A DNA stretch of 64,000 nt from Acidobacteriota bacterium (GTDB lineage: Bacteria > Acidobacteriota > UBA890 > WLXD01): contig CAXWPH010000012.1 of assembly GCA_963666055.2 (NCBI GenBank), positions 192,001-256,000 on the forward strand. Direction: 5' to 3'. How positions within the stretch are numbered: position 1 is the stretch's first letter; each line of letters starts with the position of its first letter. Shown here piece by piece: positions 21,481-32,060 of this stretch. The position numbers and the translations under genes are program-made. A model generated the notes under the pieces. That model did no database searches. It was not told the origin of the DNA and saw nothing but the letters and a program-made list of their open reading frames with translations.

Positions 21481-22560
21481 TCAACGGGAACCAAGCCCAA
21501 GGCCGAGCGGGTCCTTCGCGTCTACCCCAGAGGCGAACGGCCGACGACGATCATGGTTCGTGTACTGGTAAACCAGTCCGAGCCAGTTGTTGAAAATGGC
21601 TTTGCCGGTATCGTTCCAGGTGTTGTCTAGATGGGGCGTTAGCTCCACCTCCGGGAACTCTGGAACGGCGTCCCCGGTGTTCTTGGCTTGCATCGCACTG
21701 CGCAGATAGGCCTCGGCAATATCGACGGCCGCGTCGTTGAAGTAGTTCTCGGGATATGGGGGCGGCGCGTCGACCTCGTCGTTGAGAAATCGAAACACCT
21801 CACGTTTGTATTCCTTGAGCAGACTATTGGAATCGTATTCGGGATGCCCCTGCATGTAGACGATGCGGAATTGGTCCGGGCTGGCCGCCATGTGTACTCC
21901 TGCTACCTCGCTTTCCACCAGGGTCTTCAGACCTGCCGCTTCCAGTTCGTCGCGCCGCACCTCGTTCCAACGAGAGTGCGGCACATCAAAGCGGGTGTTG
22001 ATGTCTTGCATGAGCGGATGATGTCTATCCAGCACTTGATGGCTAAACACTCCCCAACGTTTGCACGGCAACCGATGCCGGTCGATCTGATGCAGATGTT
22101 TGACCAGTGCATGGGTAGACAAGCATGAGCACAAGACGCTGGTGACGTTCTCAGCGGCCCACGCAATGACGTCCTGTAGTGGCTTCCAGAACGGTTCCAG
22201 TTGGATTGAAGGGCTGGTGACGTTGGCCCCCGAGATAATGAGGGCATCGAGGCCCGCTTCGCGCAACTGGTCGAAGCTGGTGTAATGGTTGTCTATGTAG
22301 GCCTCGGCCTCGGCGCTACGCGGTAGACCGGAAACCGAGAAGGGATGGACGTAGAATTGCGCAATCTTGTTGGAGCTACCGATGAGCCGCATGTACTGCT
22401 GCTCGGTGACCCTCAAAGCGGCATCCGGCATCATGTTCAGCAGGCCAACATGAAGCTCCCGTATGTCTTGCGACAGCGCCCGCTCCAAGCTGAGAACCTC
22501 CTGTCCTCGCGCTCGCAAGCGATCAAAAGTCGGCAGCTTAGAATGGGCGACCAGCGGCAT
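21481..22560 (-). CDS. metA: Homoserine O-succinyl/acetyltransferase, MetA family
   Basis: QDIREL..LLNMMP, catalytic Cys (CSCL), PHSR, GHPEYD, NNW. Confidence 0.9.
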   Translation of the reverse strand: MPLVAHSKLPTFDRLRARGQEVLSLERALSQDIRELHVGLLNMMPDAALRVTEQQYMRLIGSSNKIAQFYVHPFSVSGLPRSAEAEAYIDNHYTSFDQLREAGLDALIISGANVTSPSIQLEPFWKPLQDVIAWAAENVTSVLCSCLSTHALVKHLHQIDRHRLPCKRWGVFSHQVLDRHHPLMQDINTRFDVPHSRWNEVRRDELEAAGLKTLVESEVAGVHMAASPDQFRIVYMQGHPEYDSNSLLKEYKREVFRFLNDEVDAPPPYPENYFNDAAVDIAEAYLRSAMQAKNTGDAVPEFPEVELTPHLDNTWNDTGKAIFNNWLGLVYQYTNHDRRRPFASGVDAKDPLGLGLGSR

Positions 22561-22650
22561 GCTCGCTTCCCTACCTGCGGTGGCTTGGCGCCAGAAGTCA
22601 GCAGTCCTTGGCCAGACTACAGGAACCCGACCACCCACACGCGGAGGCCG

Positions 22651-23455
22651 TCACGCCAGGCAGCCGGCAGCGGGAACCCGGATCTCGAGTTCCGCGGCGA
22701 AGAGCATCGAACGGTCTAGATCACGGGCCGCCCAGCGCAACAGCGTGCCACACATGCATCTGGCCGCCGACATCTGTCCGTGGGCTGGCCAGTACCGCCG
22801 GGTGGCCGATCATCGGCACGAAGCCGGCCCACGGTGTCGGGTCACGAAAAGCCAGATACCAGGCACCGGTGCCGCCGTCCGACACCCCCACCACGTGCAC
22901 ACGGTTCTCGTCGACGTTGTAGATCAGCTTCAGACGCTCCAGTATTCCCGCAAGGCTGGCAAGCTGGCTTTCTTGCCACCACTTGGACGCGCCCCAAGCG
23001 GCGGGAAACACGGCGATGTGGTTGTTGCTCGCCAGCCGGTCTGGATCACGCCACCAGTCGCCGTTGGTCGGCAACTCGCGACGCGCAACGCCGCCGTGCA
23101 GATAGACGCGTACCGGGTAACGCGCCTCGGGGTCGTAACCATCTGGCACCAGCACCAGATAGGGGTGCTCGAGGCCACCAACGCGGTGGCTCCCCTGTAC
23201 TCGACCCGTGGCAACCTGGCTCCCGTAGCGAGGGCCAGCTTCGAGCGCGGCGAAGATCTCGTCAAAAGAACCCGTCTCAGCCAAGTGGTCCGCGACTGCC
23301 AGGCGGTGGGCCAAGTCGCCCTGCCAGATCTCCGAGGCGACATCGACGCCCTGCCGAGCATCGGTCGGCGATCCAGCCGAAGCTGCCGCGACCAGCAAGG
23401 CGGCAAGGATGCCGCCGAGTCTCTTGGGCCAACCGAGCCGTCCGCTTCTCGTCAT
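22651..23455 (-). pseudogene. Secreted esterase/depolymerase-like hydrolase with internal deletion and frameshift
   Basis: Signal peptide, YLHGG, DENRV, GVSDGG. The frame ends just after GQMHV, and a protein-like tail TLLRWAARDLDRSMLFAAELEIRV follows in another frame to a stop at 22651. The catalytic Asp/His region is absent. Confidence 0.65.
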
Positions 23456-23491
23456 CGAGCGCTTCCGCAGGGAGATATGTCGACAGGCGCT

Positions 23492-23768
23492 TAACAGGGT
23501 GCTGAAAAACTCTGATGGGTCTGGCGGGTGGGTCTTGCTGGCGAGATCAAGGAAGAGCGACGAGGGCGATGCCAGGGTCATCGTCGAGGAGCTCTGACGC
23601 TGAGATCGCCAGCAAGACCCACCCGCCCAACGGGTTACGGCGTCGTGGAGCCATCTGCAGCGTTGGCCCTCCTGGACGATACGACAAGCATCGCCCGCGT
23701 CGCGCCGCCTTGCATCTGGCTCCACGACGCCGTAACCAGACCCACCAGAGTTCTTCAGCACCCTGTTA
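23492..23768. mobile_element. MITE-like element, copy 1 (277 bp)
   Basis: 33-bp TIR TAACAGGGTGCTGAAAAACTCTGATGGGTCTGG with 2 mismatches; flanking TA; internal perfect stems 23523-23544/23606-23627 and 23633-23653/23717-23737. Confidence 0.85.
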
Positions 23769-23865
23769 GTGTATTGAAGCGCAACCAGGGTAGACTGCGT
23801 GACCAGTGATCGGCCGCCGGTCGCGGACCCCACCCAGGCGCCGCAACGTTGGAGCGAGGAATTCG

Positions 23866-25242
23866 ATGACCTTGCGCACCGTGACGCTCGAGATTCTAGT
23901 GATGCTGCTGGCATTCTTGCCGGCCAACGGTCATGCACAGCAAGACCAGGGCGGGTTGCAGATCGGCCGCCCCTTCCCGGACATCGCGCTGCCAGACCTG
24001 GACGGCAACCGTCGCAGCGTTGCCGACTTTCGTGGCCACAAGCTGATCCTGCATGTGTTCGCCTCGTGGTGAGCTGGCTGCCGCGTGCACGTGCCCGGGT
24101 GGCACGAAGCGACGAAGGCGTGGCAGGCGGCCGGCGACGTACAGATGCTCGGCATCGTTCAGGAACAGCATCCGGAACGAGCGCGCCTGTTCATGCAATG
24201 GAAGGAGATGGATTGGCCGGTGCTGGTCGACTCTCTCGATCTGCTCGAGATCCAGGTCGTTCCGCTGACCTTCGCGATCGACGAGCACGGCATCATCCGA
24301 CAGATCCATCCGCCGCTGGATCGTCCGGATGAGCTGCGGCGTACGTTCGTGGATGTGCAGTTTGAGCCGCTAGACAACACGGCGTCGACGTCGATGGCGC
24401 CACCCGACCTACATCGTCAGCGGGCCCACGATCTGTACCGCTGGGGTGACGACACCCAGATCGACGCCATCGTCGATGCATTCAAGACCGCCGCCAGCGA
24501 CAGCCCGGAGCATGGCTACGGGCTGTTCCGCACCGGCGTGGCATACCGACGCCGGCACGACTCAACCGCGGCGCACCTCGGTGACTTCCAGCGCGCCGTG
24601 CACTACTGGGAGGCTGCGCTAACGGTCGATCCTAACAACTACATCTGGCGCCGCCGCATCCAGCAGTACGGCCCACGGCTCGACAAACCCTACCCGTTCT
24701 ACGATTGGGTGCCGACAGCCCGCACCGAGATCGCCGCCCGCGGAGACGTGCCAGCGAGCCTGGCTGTCGAGCCCGGTGGTGCGGAGTTCGCGCAGCCAGC
24801 ACCAGCCTTCGCTGCCGACGCCACCAAGCCGCCCGAGATTGACGACCGCATCTTGCGCGACGACGGTACTTACATCGTCGCTGAGAGCACGCTCGTCCCC
24901 GGCACCGTTGCGCCGGGTGCCAGCACGCGCGCTCACATAACGTTCCTGCCCAACGCGGCGATCAAGGCGCACTGGAACAACGAGGTCGACGATCTCGTGT
25001 TCTGGATCGAGCCTCCCGACGGATGGGAGGTCGATCGTCGCTTGGTGACGGTAGCCAACCCACCACAAACCGTGAGCCTGGAGCCGCGTACGGTCGAGTT
25101 GGAGATTCGAGCTCCGGGCAACGCTACGAGTGGCGAGATAACCCTTCCTGGGTACGCTCTCTACTACGTCTGCGAAGACGTCAACGGTATCTGTCTCTAT
25201 CGTAGCCAGGACGTTGCGTTACAACTTCGCGTGCAGAACTGA
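23866..25242 (+). CDS. Putative exported selenoprotein: TlpA-like thioredoxin domain (UxxC) + TPR-like + DsbD-alpha-like domain, 458 aa
   Basis: ORFs 23806-24072 and 24085-25242 are in the same frame. TGA 24070-24072 gives FASW-U-AGC-R. SECIS-like hairpin downstream; GAGGA RBS; signal peptide; C-terminal YVCEDVNGICLY. Confidence 0.8.
24082..24111 (+). promoter_or_regulatory. Candidate bacterial SECIS element
   Basis: Stem CGTGCC (24090-24095) / GGCACG (24101-24106), loop CGGGT with G at position 2, 23 nt after the UGA; CGC/GCG lower stem. Confidence 0.65.
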
Positions 25243-25296
25243 ATGAAGGCCGTCCACCGAGCCACGCGCCAGAGCGTGCGGCGCAGGAGCATGCAA

Positions 25297-26724
25297 ATGT
25301 CGAGGACCTGTGTCTGGGCTACGGTGCTTGTCGCACAGGCAAGCCTTGTGGCCGCCCAAACATCATCTAGCCTCGCCCCGGAGACCATGGAGTTCGTCAG
25401 CGTCGACGCTCCGATCGTCGCGCTGACCGACGTGCAGCTGATCGATGGCACTGGCGGGCCGCCAAAGACCGGCCACACCGTGCTCGTGCGAGACGGTCGA
25501 ATTGCCGCCGTAGGTCCCGCCGACGAAGTAACCATCCCGGCAGGGGCCGAGGTGCTGCAGCTGAGCGGCCACACGGTCATTCCCGGCCTCGTTGGCTTGC
25601 ACAACCACACCTTCTACACATCGCCCGGCGCGAACTACAGCCACATGGTGTTCACGGCGCCTCGCCTTTACCTCGGGAGCGGCGTCACGACGATCCGTAC
25701 CACCGGCACGCTGATGGCCTATAGCGATCTGAACATCAAAGCGCAGATCGACCGCGGCGATATTCCCGGACCGAGAATCCACGCCACCGGCCCCTACCTT
25801 GACAACAGCGCCAACCCCCTCGACACGATCGAGCCGAAGACCGCCACCCCAGAGGACGCCCGCAGGCTCGTGGCCTACTGGGATGAGGAGGGCATCGAGT
25901 GGTTGAAGGCGTACACCAGCATCAGCCGCGAGGCCCTGGGCGCGGCGATCGACGAGGCGCACAAACGTGGGCTCAAGGTAACCGGGCATCTTTGCTCGGT
26001 GACCCACGGCGAGGCGGTCGAGCTCGGAATCGACAACCTCGAGCACTCCTTCATCACGATGAGCGACTTCGTACCCGGCAAGGAGGTCAACGAGTGTCCG
26101 CCCGAGATGAGCGCGACGCTTGCCAATCTGGACATTGCCAGCGATGAGGTACAGGAATCCATCCGCCACATCGTCGCCCACGGGGTGTCGCTGACGTCGA
26201 CGCTGTCGGTGTTCGAGTGGAGGATCCCCAACCGCCCGGACATACATCCGCGGGCCCTCGAGATGATGACTCCGCGGCTGCGCGAGGAGTACGCGGAGCT
26301 TCGCGAACGAACTCGCGAGACCGCCGATGAGCGCGCCTTCATGACGGGGTTGCTGACCAACGCCATGGCGTTCAACCGAGCGTTCGTTGACGCCGGGGGC
26401 GTGCTGGCGAGCGGCGTTGATCCGGCGGGCGGGGCGCTGCCGGGATTCGGCGATCATCGCAACTACGAGCTGTTCATCGAGTCGGGGTTTCGGCCGGAGG
26501 AGGCCATCCAGATCATGACGGCGAACGGCGCCGAGGTGCTCGGCGTGAGCAACGAGCTCGGCACGGTCGCGGTTGGTAAGTTGGCAGACCTGGTGGTGAT
26601 CGATGGCGACCTCACCGCGGACGCAAGCATGATCCGTAACGTGAGCATCGTTTTCAAAGATGGTGTTGGCTTCGACGCCGGTAAGCTGCTCGACTCGGTC
26701 AAGGGCCAGGTGGGGCTGCGTTAG
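25297..26724 (+). CDS. Secreted metal-dependent amidohydrolase
   Basis: PGLVGLHNH, GVTTIRT, GHL, EH, GVD, GKLADLVV; AGGAG RBS. Confidence 0.9.
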   Translation: MSRTCVWATVLVAQASLVAAQTSSSLAPETMEFVSVDAPIVALTDVQLIDGTGGPPKTGHTVLVRDGRIAAVGPADEVTIPAGAEVLQLSGHTVIPGLVGLHNHTFYTSPGANYSHMVFTAPRLYLGSGVTTIRTTGTLMAYSDLNIKAQIDRGDIPGPRIHATGPYLDNSANPLDTIEPKTATPEDARRLVAYWDEEGIEWLKAYTSISREALGAAIDEAHKRGLKVTGHLCSVTHGEAVELGIDNLEHSFITMSDFVPGKEVNECPPEMSATLANLDIASDEVQESIRHIVAHGVSLTSTLSVFEWRIPNRPDIHPRALEMMTPRLREEYAELRERTRETADERAFMTGLLTNAMAFNRAFVDAGGVLASGVDPAGGALPGFGDHRNYELFIESGFRPEEAIQIMTANGAEVLGVSNELGTVAVGKLADLVVIDGDLTADASMIRNVSIVFKDGVGFDAGKLLDSVKGQVGLR

Positions 26725-26769
26725 ACCCCCGTCGACGCCACCAATTCTCGTCGCCTCCAAGGAGCGCCC

Positions 26770-28020
<1,251 letters not shown>

Positions 28021-28048
28021 GCGGCACGATCGAGCGTCGACACGACGC

Positions 28049-30265
28049 CTACAGTCGAAGCAAGTAGATCCATTTGACGATCAGGCTACGCTCGCGAAGC
28101 AGCCAGGCGCTCTCGGGGCTGATGGCACGCTCGCTGAACACCACGTAGATGTCGCTGCCAGGTCGGTACGTGTAACGGAGACGCGCGTTGACGCCCAGCT
28201 CGCGACTCACGCTATTCCACTGCACGAGCGTTGACGTCCAGATGCGCGGGTTGAAAATGTAGGTGCCGCGCAAGCGCATTAGCGTGGCATCGAGATCGCC
28301 GGTCGACAGGTGGATGCTGCTGTTGGAGTAGCCGGCGTCCACCAGCAGGTGCCGGCTGGCCTTGAGAAACGCGTCGGCGCCCACATCGGTGCGAGTACCG
28401 CCGAAGAAGCCGCCGCCGCGCAGGCGTAGGGTTGCAAACAGATTCCGGCTCTGTGAGGTAGCGACGCGAAGCTGCCAGTAATTGAACCCGTAGCTCCCGT
28501 TTTCTACCGGCAAAACGCCGGCGACGAGAAACGGCTGCTGCACTACCTCATCAGCGCTCTGCCACCCGAACAACAGCGTATCGTCGGACTCCGATTGGAT
28601 CGTCAGGCTCTCCTCCCAGACCCGCGTCTCGAGAATACCCTGCAGATCCTCGACGTAGTCGAGCTCCGTGCGCAGGTAGATCTTGCGAATGCCGAGTCGT
28701 CCCGGCCGTGGGCTCACCTGTGCCTTGATATAGCGGCGGTTCATGCCGCGACGCTGCACGAAGCCAACACCGGGGTCGAAGGCGTCACCGACGCGCATCC
28801 AGTCGGTCTCGAAACCCAGCAGGTCATTCTCCAGCAGCACATGCGCCCGGTACGCGGACGAGCTCTCGCCGGCCCGATCGTCGCTGCTGCGCACCCAGAA
28901 CAGGTCGGCCTTGTTACGCGCCCCAAACGCCACGTTGGCGTCGAGTCCGAACACCTGGTTGGCGGTGTCGGTGCCACTGGAACGGCGATCGGTGAAGAGC
29001 ATCCCGACGCTTGACCGACCGAAGACGTCTCGCTTGATGCGCACTGCCGAGAAGTCGTTGCGCTCGTATTGCCCCTCCGCCGCAGTGCGCAATCCCAGCA
29101 CACCGACGCTGTAGCCACCCAGCTTGCCGGTCAGGCGGCCGCCCCCGCCGATCGGCACTGGCACACCATCCTCCAGCCCGATTCTACGACTGAAGAACGG
29201 CAGCACGCGGTAGTCGCCGTTGCGCACGCCGAAATCAAAGATCCCCTGCCCCTCTTGGAAGAACGTGCGCTTCTCCGGGAAGAACAACCCGAAGCGGGTC
29301 AGGTTGATCTGCTGCTCGTCCACCTCGACCTGGGAAAAGTCGGTGTTGTACGTCAGGTCGAGGTTCAGGCTCGGGGTGAACCCGTACTTGAGATCGAGTC
29401 CCGGCTCTACTCCCGACTGCGTGCGCTCCAGCCCTGCCACCTGGGCGCTGGAGTCGATCGACGCATACGGCTTGATCTCCACGTTATGGCCGCCGCCGAT
29501 CCCTTCCAGCCCATCCAGATCGGCGGCCGACGAGAGCTCGCCGATGCCCTGCGACGGATGAGAGTAGGCCGGCGATATCTGGGTCGCGTGCACCCATTCG
29601 TTGCGGTACAAGATGGCGCGCCGGACGTTGATCCCCCAGCGCCCGCCTCCGCTACGGTAGCGAATGCTCTTGAATGGGATCTCCACCTCGGCGGTCCAGC
29701 CTTGTGTGGTGATCTTCGTGGCGACATCCCAGACCGGATCCCAGAACCGGTTCCAGTGGCGCCCCTCGTCCGTACAGGCCCAGTCGCCACGCGTTCCCAA
29801 AGCGTTGAATATGAACTCGTAGCCATTGCGATGGTCGTGAAAGGTATCGAGGATGATGGAGATGGTGTCGTCCTGCCGGTGCATCTGTGGCTGGTCGTAG
29901 CGCAGCTCGTTGGCACGAATCGTGTCCGGATCGCGCTGGTAGACGCGTACGCCGAAGTACAGATCGGTGTCGGTATACAGGATCAGCACCTCGGTTAGTT
30001 CGCTCGCCGGCGCTCCGGTGTTGGGCACCTGCTGAAGGAACTGATCGAAGGGCACCGCCTGGTCCCAGATCCGCTCATCGAGGACGCCGTCGAGCCTCGG
30101 CGCCTCAGCAACACGTGTCGCGTGGAGCACCGTTTCGCCTGCTCCTGGCGACTGAGGCCGCGGCGATGCCTCCGCCGGGCCGGCAGGCGACCCTAGGAAG
30201 GCGACCACCACCGACACTGCGACGCGCTCAGCGCGAGAGCGGCGGAGACGCGCGCATCTCTGCAC
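28049..30265 (-). CDS. CBM9-like/DUF5916 outer-membrane-associated protein
   Basis: PRLDGVLDE, LDTFHD, WDPVW, EIPFKSIRY, NTDFSQVEVD, FFPEKRTFF, FFSRRIG; beta-barrel-like C-terminus. Start codon uncertain. Confidence 0.85.
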   Translation of the reverse strand: MQRCARLRRSRAERVAVSVVVAFLGSPAGPAEASPRPQSPGAGETVLHATRVAEAPRLDGVLDERIWDQAVPFDQFLQQVPNTGAPASELTEVLILYTDTDLYFGVRVYQRDPDTIRANELRYDQPQMHRQDDTISIILDTFHDHRNGYEFIFNALGTRGDWACTDEGRHWNRFWDPVWDVATKITTQGWTAEVEIPFKSIRYRSGGGRWGINVRRAILYRNEWVHATQISPAYSHPSQGIGELSSAADLDGLEGIGGGHNVEIKPYASIDSSAQVAGLERTQSGVEPGLDLKYGFTPSLNLDLTYNTDFSQVEVDEQQINLTRFGLFFPEKRTFFQEGQGIFDFGVRNGDYRVLPFFSRRIGLEDGVPVPIGGGGRLTGKLGGYSVGVLGLRTAAEGQYERNDFSAVRIKRDVFGRSSVGMLFTDRRSSGTDTANQVFGLDANVAFGARNKADLFWVRSSDDRAGESSSAYRAHVLLENDLLGFETDWMRVGDAFDPGVGFVQRRGMNRRYIKAQVSPRPGRLGIRKIYLRTELDYVEDLQGILETRVWEESLTIQSESDDTLLFGWQSADEVVQQPFLVAGVLPVENGSYGFNYWQLRVATSQSRNLFATLRLRGGGFFGGTRTDVGADAFLKASRHLLVDAGYSNSSIHLSTGDLDATLMRLRGTYIFNPRIWTSTLVQWNSVSRELGVNARLRYTYRPGSDIYVVFSERAISPESAWLLRERSLIVKWIYLLRL

Positions 30266-30276
30266 GGACTTGCGCC

Positions 30277-30813
30277 CTACCGGTGCTCCGGTGCCTGGAG
30301 CGGCACCTCCAACACCACGTCCTCGTCGAGAAAATCGTGCCCGACAGTCGCATGGTGGTAGCCCTTGCCCTGCGTGTTCTCGTAGCTCTGACTCCCCTCG
30401 ACCGGTAGCGGCGATGTGTGCCACACATCGGGGAGCATGCTCATACCGAGAGAACCATCGGAATAGAACGCCACAAAGTCCTCCGGGCGGAGGTTGTTCG
30501 TCGGCTTGGCGAGCAGGAACACGGTAGGTTTGCGATCTGCACCGATGAACGCCTGTGTCGCATCGCTGTGGAAGTTCACGTGGCTGACGTGTGCCGCGCC
30601 CTCGACCAGGGTGGCCACCACGCCTTCGTCACCCACCGCGAGATTCGCGAAGTACAGCTCGTCGCCCTTACGGAGCATCTCCATGCGCTCCGTCACCATC
30701 TCGCCCTCGCGAACCACGGGCTCCACTTCATCGAGGCTGCGAATCACCTTGCCGAAGCCCTCGGCATTCTCGCGCGTGAGTTGCTTCAAAGGAACGCGCA
30801 CCACTCGTGGCAT
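30277..30813 (-). CDS. Ureidoglycolate lyase-like (cupin) protein
   Basis: LTRENAEGFG, H...TQAF, AF...G....PDVWH pattern. Confidence 0.7.
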   Translation of the reverse strand: MPRVVRVPLKQLTRENAEGFGKVIRSLDEVEPVVREGEMVTERMEMLRKGDELYFANLAVGDEGVVATLVEGAAHVSHVNFHSDATQAFIGADRKPTVFLLAKPTNNLRPEDFVAFYSDGSLGMSMLPDVWHTSPLPVEGSQSYENTQGKGYHHATVGHDFLDEDVVLEVPLQAPEHR

Positions 30814-30826
30814 CGTATGGGACCTC

Positions 30827-31657
30827 TCAGACAAAGAAATCGGGGAGCAACTCCCCACCAGGGGTCATCGCATAGGAGTCGAGATCCGTTCCTCCTTCGG
30901 CAGTGAGGATCTCGTCGTCGATCACGAAGTTGCCGGTGAAATCGCGGCTGCTTTTGGTAAGGATGGCATGCGCGGCGTCGGCCATGATCTCGGGCTTGCG
31001 GCACCGCCTTATCGCCTCATCACCACCCAGAAGATTCTGTACCGCGGCGGTGGCGATGACAGTCCGTGGCCAGAGAGCGTTGACGGCGATGCCGTCTTTT
31101 CTGAGCTCCTCCGCCATCCCGAGCACGCACATGCTCATGCCGAACTTCGCCATCGTATAGGCGAGGTGCGGCGCGAACCATCGCGCTTGCATATCCAGCG
31201 GCGGCGAGAGGTTGAGAATGTGCGGATTGTCGGCGTTCTTCAGATGCGGGATGCACGCTTTGGAACACACGAAAGTGCCGCGCGTGTTGATGGAGTGCAT
31301 CAGGTCGTAGCGCTTCATCTCGGTCTGAAGCGTACCCGTCAGACTGATGGCACTGGCGTTGTTGACCAGGATGTCGATTCCGCCAAAGGTCTCGACCGCC
31401 AGTGCCACCGCGGCTTCGACCTGTTCCTCGAAGCGGATGTCGACCTGACAGGCGAGAGCCGCGCCCCCGGCCGACTCTATTTCCTCGGCAGCCGTATGGA
31501 TCGTCCCGGGCAGCTTGGGATGGGGCTCCACCGTCTTGGCGGCAATGACCACGTTGGCCCCGTCGTGCGCCGCGCGCACGCCGATTGCCTTGCCGATGCC
31601 GCGGCTGCCGCCGGTAATGAACAGAGTCTTTCCACTCAGGCTCGATGTCGTTGGCAC
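30827..31657 (-). CDS. SDR oxidoreductase, HSDL2-like
   Basis: TGGSRGIG, HPKLPGTI, NNASAI, YTMAK, ALWPRT, IMADAA; GTG start after AAGGAAG. Confidence 0.9.
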   Translation of the reverse strand: MPTTSSLSGKTLFITGGSRGIGKAIGVRAAHDGANVVIAAKTVEPHPKLPGTIHTAAEEIESAGGAALACQVDIRFEEQVEAAVALAVETFGGIDILVNNASAISLTGTLQTEMKRYDLMHSINTRGTFVCSKACIPHLKNADNPHILNLSPPLDMQARWFAPHLAYTMAKFGMSMCVLGMAEELRKDGIAVNALWPRTVIATAAVQNLLGGDEAIRRCRKPEIMADAAHAILTKSSRDFTGNFVIDDEILTAEGGTDLDSYAMTPGGELLPDFFV

Positions 31658-31702
31658 TCGACGACTTCCTTGTCTCAGGCGACCGGGATCAGGAGAGGAG
31701 TT

Positions 31703-31880
31703 TAGCAGGGTGCTGAAAAACTCTGATGGGTCTGGCGGGTGGGTCTTGCTGGCGAGATCAAGGAAGAGCGACGAGGGCGATGCCAGGGTCATCGTCGAGG
31801 AGCTCTGACGCTGAGATCGCCAGCAACCCCCACGCGCCCAACGGGTTACAGACCCACCAGAGTTCTTCAGCACCCTGCTA
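31703..31880. mobile_element. MITE-like element, copy 2 (178 bp, second hairpin module absent)
   Basis: Near-identical to copy 1 over the TIRs and first module; 99 bp shorter; ends TAGCAGGG...CCCTGCTA. Confidence 0.85.
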
Positions 31881-32060
31881 GGCTGCCCGCGACCTCGACG
31901 CTCAACAGCGATCCACCATCATTCGGCTTCGCCGTGTCTGGCCAAGCTCGCCGCGGTAGAGTTCGAATCGCTACGGGTCGAGACTGGTGCAAGTCGCTCG
32001 CATGGTAACGGCGACCACGAGGACCATTGACGCAAGCCTGACCCTCCGCAGGAGATTCGA

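Noticed and set aside
22561-22720. SAM/SAH riboswitch upstream of metA
   Set aside because: No SAM-I, SAM-II or SAH consensus recognised, and part of the region is the tail of the deleted hydrolase. An Rfam scan would settle it.
23456-23938. N-terminal extension of ORF 22721-23938
   Set aside because: It runs through the MITE and overlaps the selenoprotein gene antisense; the signal peptide starts at 23455.
31658-31873. N-terminal extension of the SDR ORF
   Set aside because: Derived from MITE copy 2; SDR homology begins after GTG 31657.
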